This document shows, one piece after another, positions 18,555 to 29,600 of a stretch of DNA of 64,000 nucleotides. A program made the position numbers and the translations under genes. The notes beneath the pieces are model-generated. The model was not told the origin of the DNA, ran no database searches, and was given only the letters and a program-made list of their open reading frames with translations. How positions within the stretch are numbered: the first letter of the stretch is position 1; every line of letters starts with the position of its first letter. The stretch is from Escherichia phage EI-SP-GF: the sequence record OR992645.1. One strand, written 5' to 3'.

Positions 18555-21152
18555 ATGCGTATTCAACACAACATTGATAACGTATTTCAGATGATCGAGG
18601 GGCACAGGAAGTGCCTCGATAACAACACAGGTATTACCAATCTCCCTACACAGAACAAACTGGTAAACCAGGATGGACTTATAGCGTCAGGTTGGTCAGG
18701 AAGTAAGATAAATAATGATTGGGCAATGCATGAGTCCCAAGCCGTGTTGATTCTGGGATACATTGAGGCATACAGGGCATCAAAAAGCGATTTTTATCTA
18801 GACAGGGCCAAAGAGGCTTGGGAAGCCTACAACAGTCATCTTCTGGGAGTATATGCAGTAGAAAGTAAAATGCAAAGATTGTCCCACTACCCGTTATCCA
18901 CAGATGGAGTTCCATCACATGGTGGGTTTAAAGATGTGGTTGTGTCTTTTAACAAAGGTAGAGGAAAAATCCCAGCAGGATCCCCGACATGGGGAGAATA
19001 CTTGGACAAGGCTTTTCAGGCGTATAACGGTGTTTTAGGAAGAAACACTGTAGACTCTGATGTTTACGGCGGCACAGATGCTAATCCTAATTGGACAACT
19101 TCCGGATTAAGTTGGTGGGTTGAGTGGTATATAGCATGGGATGGTAACCGCTATTGGGCCAACGGTAGCATAGCCGACAGTGGTCATACGTCTGCAGAGT
19201 TCGGCACAATCCAACTGCAAGATAAGGGTGTTACAGGCAACCACAAGGTTACCTATTGTGTGAGATTGCCTAAAGAGCAGGGAGGATCGGTGATACCTGC
19301 TGGATCCCCTGTAATTGTAAATCCTATAAACGTGGTTGCAGACAATCAAGCCCCAGAGTTAGACGGGGAAGAGATGTGGTGTGACGCTTGTTATCAACTC
19401 TACACCTTGACAGGTGAGGAAAAGTATTACACCGCGTTTAAGCAGTCTTACAATAAGTTGCTTAATTTTAGTGATATAAATGCCTACGACAAGCTGTTCA
19501 GAAAGACCACGTTGATTAAGGCCCCGTTCACAGATGGCACTTGTCTAGTTGCAGGAACAGTACCTGTCATGAGTAGGGATAGTGACGGATATATCAATTT
19601 TAGAATGAACGCACGCCAGCCTTGCGAAATAATCCAAAAAGGGACTACATACAAAATAGGCAGAGATGCTGAAATTGTTATGAATTTCGGAGGAGAAGGG
19701 GTTCTGTTCCAGCCACATTTCATCCTTAATGATGGCAACAATAACAAAAAACAGTACAGAATAGGTGTACCTTTTGGAGGGGCAGAGGTAACAGAAACAG
19801 TTGCCAAGGTTACTGATTTTGTAGAGGTGGTTGGTAAAGACGGTAACCCGTATCTCTTGCCAAAAGAGGAAAACATTGCCGTAAGCGGTGGCGCTAGTGT
19901 TAGTATGCAGTATGATACCGACATTTACAACCACTCTGACAACTTCACCCGTTGCAACATAGTAAGAGGCAAGGTAACTTTCAATTTTGGAAGAGAGATT
20001 TCTTTAAACTCAGTGACTTATCGGTCAGATGATGAGATGGTAAGGGTCAAATTTCTTGACAAAGACCGTTGGTTATGGTATGCTGATCTATATGCTACTA
20101 ACGGGCAATGGATAACAGAAACTCTTACCCTGGGCGATTTTAAACTAGACCCAACACAACCTCATCACACAGAAGATGAGATTAAACCTTTCTTTGCTAA
20201 CCCTAAAGGAATTACCTCTGTAGATTTCAGTCTGAGCGACAGGCAGATAGGCAATGGCTTGTTCGATCTGTATTGCGTCAACACGCTGCCGCAATTTTAT
20301 GTTGCAGATAGGGATGCTTATCTGATCTGGTTTAGTGTATGGATGGCAAGCAAGACAGAATCAACCGCCAAGGTTGGTGATTGCTATGTCAGAAACTACA
20401 AGCAAGGAGCATACAGACACACTCCTGGTGTGTTCCCTGCTGGGAAGGTGATAGATAAGGAAAACTATCTCTTAGAGGAAAAGCCAAATTGGCCCTATCC
20501 TGGCATGCAATACCCAGCAGTCTACTGCATGGGTGCAGAAAACATAGATCGCCATAGATTGTCAAATACAATAGGCTTTCTGTACGACTCTCAAGTCTGG
20601 TATAATAATACATTTAAGACAGAGGGTCCAGTTGCCTCACGTTATGTATGGCAAAGAGGTAATGAAGGGTTGACTGGTTGGTGGGAGATGGTAGATAACT
20701 CTAAGCTCCAGTCAAGATCTTTTGTTGCTGCGTGCCGCACAATATATGAGCTCAAGAAACATAAAGAACCTGTTGATGAAAGACTGTTCCTGTTCTGCCA
20801 GAAATGGGCATGGTTCCTCAACAGATTCCAGTCATCTCATTCAGGAAATCTACCTACAGACTTTAACACCTCTGGAGGATACTCTTATCAGGACAGAGGA
20901 GACAGGATGTGGGTGGTAGGTGAATGGCTTGCAGGTTGCTGCTGGCTAGGTCTTTGCGGGTATTCAGAGACAATACCTCAAATAGATATTGTTGTAGAGG
21001 CCTGTATGAAGTTACTGCAAAAGCACCACTTCATTAACGGGGATAATGTTTTAAACGGCTGCTGGGCAGTTTCTGATCCGGTAGGCTATCACTCTGGCGA
21101 AATCCTTCGCGGTCTGGGACTTTATGCTCAATACCGTGGATTGTACCTTTAA
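18555..21152 (+). CDS. large tail-associated protein, putative carbohydrate-active enzyme (depolymerase candidate)
   Basis: 865-aa ORF starting 1 nt after the anchor-protein stop with AGGAGC RBS; Trp/Tyr-rich, no fibre repeats; enzymatic role is inference. Confidence 0.4.
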   Translation: MRIQHNIDNVFQMIEGHRKCLDNNTGITNLPTQNKLVNQDGLIASGWSGSKINNDWAMHESQAVLILGYIEAYRASKSDFYLDRAKEAWEAYNSHLLGVYAVESKMQRLSHYPLSTDGVPSHGGFKDVVVSFNKGRGKIPAGSPTWGEYLDKAFQAYNGVLGRNTVDSDVYGGTDANPNWTTSGLSWWVEWYIAWDGNRYWANGSIADSGHTSAEFGTIQLQDKGVTGNHKVTYCVRLPKEQGGSVIPAGSPVIVNPINVVADNQAPELDGEEMWCDACYQLYTLTGEEKYYTAFKQSYNKLLNFSDINAYDKLFRKTTLIKAPFTDGTCLVAGTVPVMSRDSDGYINFRMNARQPCEIIQKGTTYKIGRDAEIVMNFGGEGVLFQPHFILNDGNNNKKQYRIGVPFGGAEVTETVAKVTDFVEVVGKDGNPYLLPKEENIAVSGGASVSMQYDTDIYNHSDNFTRCNIVRGKVTFNFGREISLNSVTYRSDDEMVRVKFLDKDRWLWYADLYATNGQWITETLTLGDFKLDPTQPHHTEDEIKPFFANPKGITSVDFSLSDRQIGNGLFDLYCVNTLPQFYVADRDAYLIWFSVWMASKTESTAKVGDCYVRNYKQGAYRHTPGVFPAGKVIDKENYLLEEKPNWPYPGMQYPAVYCMGAENIDRHRLSNTIGFLYDSQVWYNNTFKTEGPVASRYVWQRGNEGLTGWWEMVDNSKLQSRSFVAACRTIYELKKHKEPVDERLFLFCQKWAWFLNRFQSSHSGNLPTDFNTSGGYSYQDRGDRMWVVGEWLAGCCWLGLCGYSETIPQIDIVVEACMKLLQKHHFINGDNVLNGCWAVSDPVGYHSGEILRGLGLYAQYRGLYL

Positions 21153-21187
21153 CATAGGGGGCTGTTTGCCCCCTTTCAGGAGAAAGA

Positions 21188-24100
21188 ATGGCTGATATTA
21201 AAGTTGTCAGAATTGAATCTCTTCCTGCCACTACCGCAGTGACAGAGGATGATTACCTGGTTGTTCAACAACCAGACCTGACCCGTCGTGTAAAAATTGG
21301 CGATGTTGTCCATGTGGATGGGACTGTTTCTCATGTAATCTCCTTTAAGGAAGGTGGTAAGTTAAACGGCCCAATGGATTTTGCCTACTTCGAAGAGGAA
21401 GATCTATACCTGCGTTGGAAAGGCGAATTTCCACACACTGTCCCTGCACTGTCTTCACCATATTCTGACGGTGGTATTACTGACGCTGCGTGGATGGTAT
21501 ATACAGATCCGTCCTTAAGGGAGGAGCTGGAGTCTACCATTGGCGCATCTATGATCATGACAGCCGAAGGGCAGTCTGTCCAAGATGTAATGGATGTTAC
21601 TGTTCAGACAGCCAACGATGCTAAAGCACTTGCACAGCGGGTAGATTTTGGCACAGTGCATACTGTAGGCGATGTTATTCACCTTGTCAACTTTGTTGGT
21701 CCTGCAGTTATTGAAGAGGGAAGAACTACTAACTACCCTTCTGAAGCGGCGGGTGAAAAATTTCTGAACGGTGTGGTATCTCGTCGTGATACTACAACTG
21801 TTGATGGCATTTTCCGTGGCGCTACCTCCGGAGCCATGTATACCATTGCAGTAACCAACGGTGTAGCAACAACAAAAAGAATAGCACTTCGTGACGAATT
21901 TAAACGCCTGGAGGCAAACAACCCAACAAGAACAGTTATCCGTGCCGGAGATGATTTAAACACAGCAGGGTACTTGCAGCTTGATGCAACAGGCCGTTGG
22001 GGTATGTGGAACCAACAAACAGCTTCGTGGCAACCTCTTGCTATAGAGCAAGGCGGCACAGGGGCCAGAGATGCCGCAGGTGCACGCATTAATTTAGGGG
22101 CTTTCTATAAGCAACGTGCAGCCCTTGAGTCAAATTTTAATATCAATAACTTGACTGGTAATCAGGATGGTATATACTACCAGCCGATGACTGCTTATGC
22201 AACTGAGGCAAATGGTTACCCTGCAGGTTCTGGTGCTGGTCACTTGATTGTCTGGCAGAACAATGCTAACGGCGGTACAGGTTGTCGTCAGGAATACTAT
22301 CCATTCTCTAACGTAGATGTTTGGTATTTGAGAACCTATCAGGCCAACACAAATCAGTGGACTGCATGGCAGCCAATGGTCAGACCCCGTAACGATGAGA
22401 CCTTTAGATCGCACATCGGTCTTGGGTCTAGGAATTCTCCTACCTTCGGGCACCTTTACCTGTCTCAAAGCTCGGCTGATGTTAAGTCGGCATCAGGTAT
22501 TGTTAACGGGGACAAATACAGCGCTGACGGTGTCCTTGAGCATGGGTATAGGATCTACTCTGAGGTAAGAAACGACAATAAGGCTTGGTTGACAATCCAC
22601 CTGCACAAAGGCGCAAAAGGATCTGAAACTCATAGATATTTAGGCTTCCGCGAGGATGGGGTCTTAGATTGTCCTAAATATATGCAGGTTGGTGATCTGA
22701 ACGGTCAGCTGGCAAACTGGGGACTTGGAGAATGGATCCGCAGTTCAGGAGCAGAAAGAGGTTTCTGGGGATCTAAGAAAGCCGCCAAGATGGTTATCTG
22801 GGATGGCGGTATGGACGAGCAAGGTGAAGGAACGCTTGAGTGGGGTGTTTATAACAACCGGAAAGCCAAATGGGAACCACTACCGATAGCTTGTGGTGGT
22901 ACCAGTGCCAGGACTGTAGGGGATGCTCAAGCACAATTCAGAATCCCTCTGGCATCAGGCGCTAGACCATATGTAAACCTGCCTAGAACTGCAGCTATGC
23001 AGGACGGTAAGTATTATCCTATTATCGTCAGAACTGACCCCAACTTTGCAGCAACTATCGGGACAGATTTAACCATTGTCACCAGATCTTCTTCTGGCGG
23101 CGACCCAATGAACTGTGCTACACTACAGTGTCACTACAGAACTGGTGGCTGGACAGACAGAGGTGATTCTTTCCAAGGGGTTATTAATTTCTACCAAAAC
23201 GAGAGAGCAATCCTCGGATGTGTATCTCCAACCAGAGGTAAGCAGGAGTATGTTGCATTCTATGTAGAGGCACGTGCATTCCCTGTTACAGTATATGCTG
23301 GCGCTACTGTAATAGAAGTGTCAACCAGGGAGGCTGATTGGCAAGTAGGCAACGTGACAGGTAACCAAGATGGTGTCAAGTTCTGTGCTCCTCTGGAATC
23401 TGCAGATTTGAGTCTTGCAATCAAAGGTGATGATGTAACAAACACCAGACCTCTGGTTGAGTTCAAAGGAACATCAGGTTTCTACACTGGTGGTGGAACT
23501 ATGTGGCACTACCTGGGGACTCCTGAACGCTATGCAGTGATGAGCAAAACGAACATGCCTAAAGTCGAGCTGTGGGCAGACGGTCTTGACTATTTGTGCT
23601 ACGGCGGTCCTAGAAAGGCATTATTCTCTAACGCGGGATTCCAGTGTGCATCTGACGGAACAGAGGATCTAACTAACGGCACGTTTACCTCTAAATGTGG
23701 TAATGGTGCTGGCCTTAAAGGCCAAGCAGAGTTCAGGTCTACTCCAGAAGCTGGTCAAGTTATTGTTCGAGATGTTGTGGGAACAGCTCATAGATTCTAC
23801 AACTTCAACAAAGATGGTACTTTCTCAGCCCCAGGTGGTTTTGTATGTCATACTGGTGGAGACTGGAACAACCAGTTCGGGCCTAATAACCCGTCAAAAA
23901 TAATGGCTGGCAACGTCAACGGACCAGAAGGTTCGATGGTTGTTGGTGGGTTGTCTGTGGCGTTTTCTGGAAACTATGCCTTCCAAATGGCTGGTCGCCT
24001 TGATCAGTTATACACCAGATCTATTGAGGGTGGTAACCACAGGGCGTGGAACAAAGTTATTCAGCACCGTGGTCAAGGTCTGGGGACAGAAGACCTTAAT

Positions 24101-24994
24101 GCCTACGATGGTAGCCGTGAAGGTTTCTATCACCAAGGTTCAAACGCTGACGCACTTGTAATAGATCGCCACTACCCTGCTCCGTACGCTGGTACACTGC
24201 TTGTTTACAAAAACACAGCTAACAGACCTCAAGGTTGTGTGCAGGAATATATCACCTATTTTGGTGACAGATATACTCGTGCTGGTAACTACGTTGGCGA
24301 TGTCTTTACTTGGGAAGAATGGAGACACGATGCTGGTAAAGGCATTCAGTTAAGACCTAATTACACTTTTGGTGAAACCAGTAATCAACTGGAAATTCAT
24401 GTCGGTGCTAATAGTCTTTCTAGCAACGCCGATAACTTACCTACCAATACAGGTAGAATGTTCTATTGGGGTAACGCAGACAGGAAGAACGTGCTTGAGT
24501 TTCAGGTAAACGACAACGCTGCATCTGCTAGCTGGGTATTCCACTGTGGCACTAGGTCAGACGAGGCTAAGTCAAGATATTTTGCTGTCAACGGTGTAGT
24601 AGAGTGCACCACTGTGAGCCAGAGCTCTGATAGAGACCTGAAGGACAATATAGAGGTTATTCCTAACGCGCTGGAAGCTATCCGTAAGATGAAGGGCTAT
24701 ACCTACACTTTAAAAGAGAATGGTATGCCTCACGCGGGGGTAATTGCTCAAGAGGTCATGGAAGCATTGCCAGAGGCAGTAGGGTCTTTCGTGAAAAGGA
24801 AGGAAATCCCAAACCCTGATCAAGATGGAACTCCTTTGATAACAGAAGAAAGGTTCTATAACGTTGACTACGCAGCTGTAACAGGCTTGCTTGTCCAGGT
24901 TTGCAGGGAACAGGACGATAAAATAACCGCCCTTGAGGAGCAGGTTAAAAAATTGACAGAGGTTGTTACTGGGTTGCAAGAGAAACTGAAGTAA
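21188..24994 (+). CDS. tail fibre/tailspike with C-terminal intramolecular chaperone (peptidase S74-like)
   Basis: 1268 aa; N-terminal anchor domain; GGTGARDAAGARINLG and GGTSARTVGD fibre motifs; C-terminus SDRDLKDNIEVIPNALEAIRKMKGYTYTL...GVIAQEVMEALPEAV matches S74 autoproteolytic chaperone signature. Confidence 0.75.
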   Translation: MADIKVVRIESLPATTAVTEDDYLVVQQPDLTRRVKIGDVVHVDGTVSHVISFKEGGKLNGPMDFAYFEEEDLYLRWKGEFPHTVPALSSPYSDGGITDAAWMVYTDPSLREELESTIGASMIMTAEGQSVQDVMDVTVQTANDAKALAQRVDFGTVHTVGDVIHLVNFVGPAVIEEGRTTNYPSEAAGEKFLNGVVSRRDTTTVDGIFRGATSGAMYTIAVTNGVATTKRIALRDEFKRLEANNPTRTVIRAGDDLNTAGYLQLDATGRWGMWNQQTASWQPLAIEQGGTGARDAAGARINLGAFYKQRAALESNFNINNLTGNQDGIYYQPMTAYATEANGYPAGSGAGHLIVWQNNANGGTGCRQEYYPFSNVDVWYLRTYQANTNQWTAWQPMVRPRNDETFRSHIGLGSRNSPTFGHLYLSQSSADVKSASGIVNGDKYSADGVLEHGYRIYSEVRNDNKAWLTIHLHKGAKGSETHRYLGFREDGVLDCPKYMQVGDLNGQLANWGLGEWIRSSGAERGFWGSKKAAKMVIWDGGMDEQGEGTLEWGVYNNRKAKWEPLPIACGGTSARTVGDAQAQFRIPLASGARPYVNLPRTAAMQDGKYYPIIVRTDPNFAATIGTDLTIVTRSSSGGDPMNCATLQCHYRTGGWTDRGDSFQGVINFYQNERAILGCVSPTRGKQEYVAFYVEARAFPVTVYAGATVIEVSTREADWQVGNVTGNQDGVKFCAPLESADLSLAIKGDDVTNTRPLVEFKGTSGFYTGGGTMWHYLGTPERYAVMSKTNMPKVELWADGLDYLCYGGPRKALFSNAGFQCASDGTEDLTNGTFTSKCGNGAGLKGQAEFRSTPEAGQVIVRDVVGTAHRFYNFNKDGTFSAPGGFVCHTGGDWNNQFGPNNPSKIMAGNVNGPEGSMVVGGLSVAFSGNYAFQMAGRLDQLYTRSIEGGNHRAWNKVIQHRGQGLGTEDLNAYDGSREGFYHQGSNADALVIDRHYPAPYAGTLLVYKNTANRPQGCVQEYITYFGDRYTRAGNYVGDVFTWEEWRHDAGKGIQLRPNYTFGETSNQLEIHVGANSLSSNADNLPTNTGRMFYWGNADRKNVLEFQVNDNAASASWVFHCGTRSDEAKSRYFAVNGVVECTTVSQSSDRDLKDNIEVIPNALEAIRKMKGYTYTLKENGMPHAGVIAQEVMEALPEAVGSFVKRKEIPNPDQDGTPLITEERFYNVDYAAVTGLLVQVCREQDDKITALEEQVKKLTEVVTGLQEKLK

Positions 24995-25001
24995 CTGTTT
25001 T

Positions 25002-25030
25002 GCCCTCGCTTCGGCGGGGGCTTTTTGTTT
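25002..25030 (+). terminator. rho-independent terminator (UUCG-loop hairpin)
   Basis: gccctcgc-ttcg-gcgggggc followed by tttttgttt. Confidence 0.7.
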
Positions 25031-25033
25031 GTA

Positions 25034-25062
25034 TTGCGTATTAACTCAAAATCTGGTAAAAT
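25034..25062 (+). promoter_or_regulatory. sigma70-like promoter TTGCGT-N17-TAAAAT with TGn
   Basis: ttgcgt 25034-25039, 17-nt spacer ending tgg, taaaat 25057-25062. Confidence 0.45.
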
Positions 25063-25093
25063 AACTATCATGATTGTTTAACCTGGAGGCACA

Positions 25094-25684
25094 ATGTTTT
25101 TATGGGAAAGGCCTAGATACCTTCCAGATATTAGATTGGAGCTGCTGGCAGATATTGTTACGTTTAAAAGTCCGTTTACAGGTAAAACGCAAAAAGTGAC
25201 CTATGCCACACCTAACTGGAAAGGCACTTTGACGGTTTCCAATATCAGCGAGTCACAGTTGCTAGAGCTTAAGAGCTTTGTTGATCAGGTGTATAAAGAC
25301 GGGAACATTTTTCTTATTAAAACGTACGGTCACTCAGTAACAGCTAATGAGCCAATCGCCCTTGGGCCTACCGGTAACGACGATTTTTTGAAGACGGTCG
25401 GATGGGAGCCAAACAGAGACATAGCCAGAGCTGGGGATAAAATATCTGTTAACGATGAATTGAAAGTGGTAACAGCTCCAGTGCGCAGCGATGGTGTTGG
25501 GTCTGCTGTTATAAGCATATCTCCAAGACTTAGAAAACCTATTGCCGCAGGGGACACTATGAAGATAATAACTCAATCCCCAAAGGGTAGGTTTCATATC
25601 AGAGATATTTATAAAATTAAGCAAAAAGTCGATGCTATGCAAAAAGGTGATAATATAGTTATCAACTTCTTTGAGGATTTCTAA
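25094..25684 (+). CDS. tail tip assembly protein (lambda gpM / GTA g12 position, tentative)
   Basis: 196-aa ORF with GGAGG RBS, first gene of a four-gene run ending in the lambda J-like protein. Confidence 0.4.
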   Translation: MFLWERPRYLPDIRLELLADIVTFKSPFTGKTQKVTYATPNWKGTLTVSNISESQLLELKSFVDQVYKDGNIFLIKTYGHSVTANEPIALGPTGNDDFLKTVGWEPNRDIARAGDKISVNDELKVVTAPVRSDGVGSAVISISPRLRKPIAAGDTMKIITQSPKGRFHIRDIYKIKQKVDAMQKGDNIVINFFEDF

Positions 25685-25685
25685 G

Positions 25686-26237
25686 ATGATTAGAGCGCCA
25701 TTAGATAATTTATTTCTTGAAAAGCTGGAGCTTGATAGTGTTGAGATCTTAATTGCTGCAAAGCTAGAGCTACCAACAGGGACTGTCAGGGTGTGCTCAG
25801 GAACTGGTGTTGTGGTGATTGAGGGGCAACATTTTATAGGGATAGGTGGATCAGCAACATTGACTGCTGTGTCTGAGAAAGATGCTACCAACTTCGGATC
25901 TGTGGTAGCAACATTGAACGGATTTGATCCCAAGTATGTAGGTGATCTGCTGAAGACAGAGTATTCGGGTTGTCGTGCCACGTTGTATATCACAGCTATG
26001 GAGAATGGTTTACCTGTTACAACCAATGGCTTGTTTGACGGCCTTATAACAGACATGGCTATTCAGACAGGGGAGAATAGTGCTTTGTCCATATCCATAT
26101 CTTCCATCTTCAACAGCTGGTTAAGAGGTTTTCCTTATCGATACACAGAGGAGAGCCATAGCTCAAGAAACGATAATGACAGATTTTTTAAATATGTGGA
26201 TCAGGTGGCAAGCCGCCCGATCATTTGGGAGGTTTAA
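25686..26237 (+). CDS. tail tip protein (lambda gpL / GTA g13 position, tentative)
   Basis: ORF frame opens 25671; ATG 25686 follows upstream stop; position-based call. Confidence 0.4.
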   Translation: MIRAPLDNLFLEKLELDSVEILIAAKLELPTGTVRVCSGTGVVVIEGQHFIGIGGSATLTAVSEKDATNFGSVVATLNGFDPKYVGDLLKTEYSGCRATLYITAMENGLPVTTNGLFDGLITDMAIQTGENSALSISISSIFNSWLRGFPYRYTEESHSSRNDNDRFFKYVDQVASRPIIWEV

Positions 26238-26662
26238 TGAGCACACACCCTCGTTTAGTAGACTGGCAAGAAAGATTGTGGAAAGTGTTTGACGAAGAAG
26301 CTACCGTCCAGTTTGAATGGGGATTCCACGATTGTTGCACTTTTGCGGCTAAATGTGTTGATGCCCAATATGGAACAGATTTTCTTTCTAACTTTGAAGG
26401 AACGTATAAAACAGAGTTGGAAAGCAAGAGATGGTGCATGCTCCGTTTCAAAACCACCCACCTGCCTACTATTTTTGATCTCTTTTTGACTCGACTGGAT
26501 ACTCCTAAACAGGTTCAGCGTGGCGATATTGTTATTTTCGAAGGTCTGAACGGGCTCACCGCTGGTGTGTTCTGGAACAACCAGATTTGGGCGAAAGGTG
26601 ATAAGGGGATCTTTATGTTCGACATGAAAGATTCTATCGTTGTTGATGTCTGGAGGTATTAA
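26237..26662 (+). CDS. NlpC/P60-like tail tip protein (lambda gpK C-domain / GTA g14-like)
   Basis: EWGFHDCCTFAAKCV (Cys-containing motif) and RGDIVIFEG; catalytic His not evident; located directly upstream of J-like gene. Confidence 0.4.
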   Translation: MSTHPRLVDWQERLWKVFDEEATVQFEWGFHDCCTFAAKCVDAQYGTDFLSNFEGTYKTELESKRWCMLRFKTTHLPTIFDLFLTRLDTPKQVQRGDIVIFEGLNGLTAGVFWNNQIWAKGDKGIFMFDMKDSIVVDVWRY

Positions 26663-29600
26663 TGCCAATTGCAATGATTGATAACATCGTTGCTTCTGCA
26701 AGATCTTCGAGCTATGACTGGAACGCATCCAAGGCAGCTCTGGCTGACAGCCTGAACACTGTTACCACCAGAACCCTGGATAAGATTTTCGAAGGTAACA
26801 AATCTTACAGAAGTCAGCAAGATAGACAAAAGCTTCTCAGATCTTCTGCTGCACCTTGCTCTGTAGTGTATGGGAAGACACGCACATCTGGATTGCTTGC
26901 GTTTTTGGAGCAGGACAGGGACAGAACCCTTCATTGTGCTATTGTTCTTGCCAATCATCCCTTGGAAGGTATAGAAGATATACTTATCGACGGTAATCCT
27001 ATTTCCTCGTATGGGGATTTGGTATCGTGGGAGTTACATAACGACAGGAAAACCTCTGATCCTTTCATGGGTACACACTGCCCTTCGTGGTCACCAGACA
27101 TGATAGGTAGAGGGATCAGTTGGCTACGTGCCAGCTTTAAGTTTGACCCTAACAAGTTTCCTTTTGGGTTGCCAAACGTTACACTCGTCAAGGTTGGTAA
27201 AAAATGTTATGATCCTCGTATCAGTAAAGAGGTGTATACCAATAACGCTGCCTTGGTGATTCTGGACTACCTAAGAACGTACCTTAAATGTCCTGACGAA
27301 ACCATCAACTGGGAGTCCTTCAAGGAAGCTGCCAACATATGCGATGAGGCTGTAAAAAACGCGGACGGAACCAGTGAGCGCCGTTACACCATTAATGGCG
27401 AGTTCGACATGGATGAAGCACCAGCAAGCATTATGGCAGAGATGCTGAAAGCTTGTGGTGCAGACCTTAGCTATGTAGCTGGCAAATATGGTCTGCTGGT
27501 AGGTGCATACTATGGCCCGGCAACAATGACACTTAGCGAGAACTGTGTTTGCGGTGAGGTTAAGATCTATCCTGAAGCCTCCTTCGACAAAAGATCCAAC
27601 ACAATAACTGGCAGATTCACTAGTCCGGCCAAAGGGTATTCTGAAACAGATTTTCCATCAGTGTTTGTCCCAGAGTGGGTAGAGAAGGATGGAGAAAGAA
27701 AGATAATCGATATAGATTATCGCTTTGTTACCAGTCCTTATCAAGCTCAGCGTGTTTCTGCAATCTTCTTAAGACGTGCCAGAGCTGGTAGGATTATTGA
27801 AGTAACCTGCAATATGCGGGGTTTTAAATTTAAGCCTGGGCGTTACGTTACGATGGACCTCCCAAGTATTGGTATAGTGGGCCAAGAAATGAGGGTTCTT
27901 GAATGGGAGTTCACCAAAAAGGGCGGTGTCAAGGTAAAACTCCGTCAAGATGCTAAAGAGTGGAATGATGCCACAGGGCAACTTCCGGATTCTGGAGATG
28001 TGGATATTCCGATATCCCCGTCCGGCGTAGCTCAACCGCAAAACTTCAGATACTCTGTTCTTCAAGCTGGGGAAGTAACTCATGGTGTTTTGGCTTGGGA
28101 CAACGTTGGAACTTATGCTCAAAATATTGTGCAGGTAAGAAAGAACGGAGAGATTATTTGGACAGCACAGACAGTTGAGCAGTTTGTCCGCGTAGAAGGA
28201 TTGACCAAAGGGTCATACACAGCAACCGTGGTTGCAACATCTTATAAAGGTGGTGTATCTCCAGAAGCTTACTGCGAGTTTAACATTCAAGCACCTGAAG
28301 CTCCTGTTTCTGTAGAAGTTAAGCAGGGATACTTTGCTATCACCTTGATTCCGCACAGCAGGGACTTAGCAAGTGTAAGCACCCAGTATGATTTTTGGAC
28401 ATCTGGTATGACAAGGTTGCCGGACACAAGTGATGCAACCGTTACTTCAAAAGCCACCCGTATGGGTGTTGGTTCAACTTGGACATCTGAAGGTCTGCAG
28501 AACGATAAGATTTATTATTGGTATATTCGAACCACAAACGCTTTTGGTAGTTCTCAGTTTGTAGAATGCGCTGCACGCTGCTACACCTCTATTGAAGATT
28601 TGATGCCTCAGATAGATGCTGAATTTAAAAAGACAGAAACTTATAAAGAGTTGATGAGCACTTTAGATTCCTCTATCGAGGAGGTTGAAAATCGTGTCAC
28701 AGAGCTTAACAAGTACATGGACGGAAGGGTAGATGAGGCATTCCAACAACTTGGAGATAGGATAGGTGCGGTAGTTGCAGAGACAACTCAGAAGTTTGAG
28801 GATGTCAATGGTAATATCACAGCTCTGGATAGGAAACTTGTTGCTGCACAGAACAAGTTCACCAACGATCTGAACACTGAAAGTGGAAGACTGGCATCCC
28901 TGATCGAGACAACCAATAAAGCAACCACTGATCTTCTGAACAAAAAGACAGAGGCTTTAGACGAGAAATTGGTTGCAGCCAAAGGGGAGTTGGTAGAACA
29001 AATAAGTGGTGTGGAGAGCGGATACCTTGCCGGAGATAAAACTCTAGATGGCAAGATCAATACCCAGAGAACGGAACTTGATGCAAGCATCTTAAGCACC
29101 AACCAGGCGACAGTGGATCTTCTCAACAGGACATCTGAAACTTTGGATCAAAAGATCAGTCAGACAAACGCGACGGTATCTAAGAACTATACCACCCTTG
29201 ATGGTAAGATAACTACCGCAAAAACTGATCTCAATACCTTGATTGCCAATACCAACAAGGCCACCACAGATTTGTTGAATCAGAAAACCTCTGCACTGTC
29301 GGAGCAGATAACTTCTGCACGTGGAGAAATTTCTACCAACAAACAGGCGATTAAGGATTTGGATGGTAAGCTGACCTCCACAAAAACAGCACTGGACGCT
29401 ACAATCTCCGATACCAACAAAGCAACCGTGGATCTTATTAACGGCACAGCGTCAGCTATTCGTCAAGAACTTGCTGTTGCTAAGCAGGAGATCATTGATG
29501 ATGTCGGTGATGTGTCAGAGCTTAGAGCTGCAGTAGCTACAACATCTAAGGCTGTGACAGACTTAGAGGGCAAAGTAACTGCTCAATGGGGCACAAAAAT

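Noticed and set aside
25334-26056. 240-aa minus-strand ORF spanning the tail tip genes
   Set aside because: Overlaps three co-directional plus-strand genes with RBS and start-stop coupling; treated as a shadow ORF.
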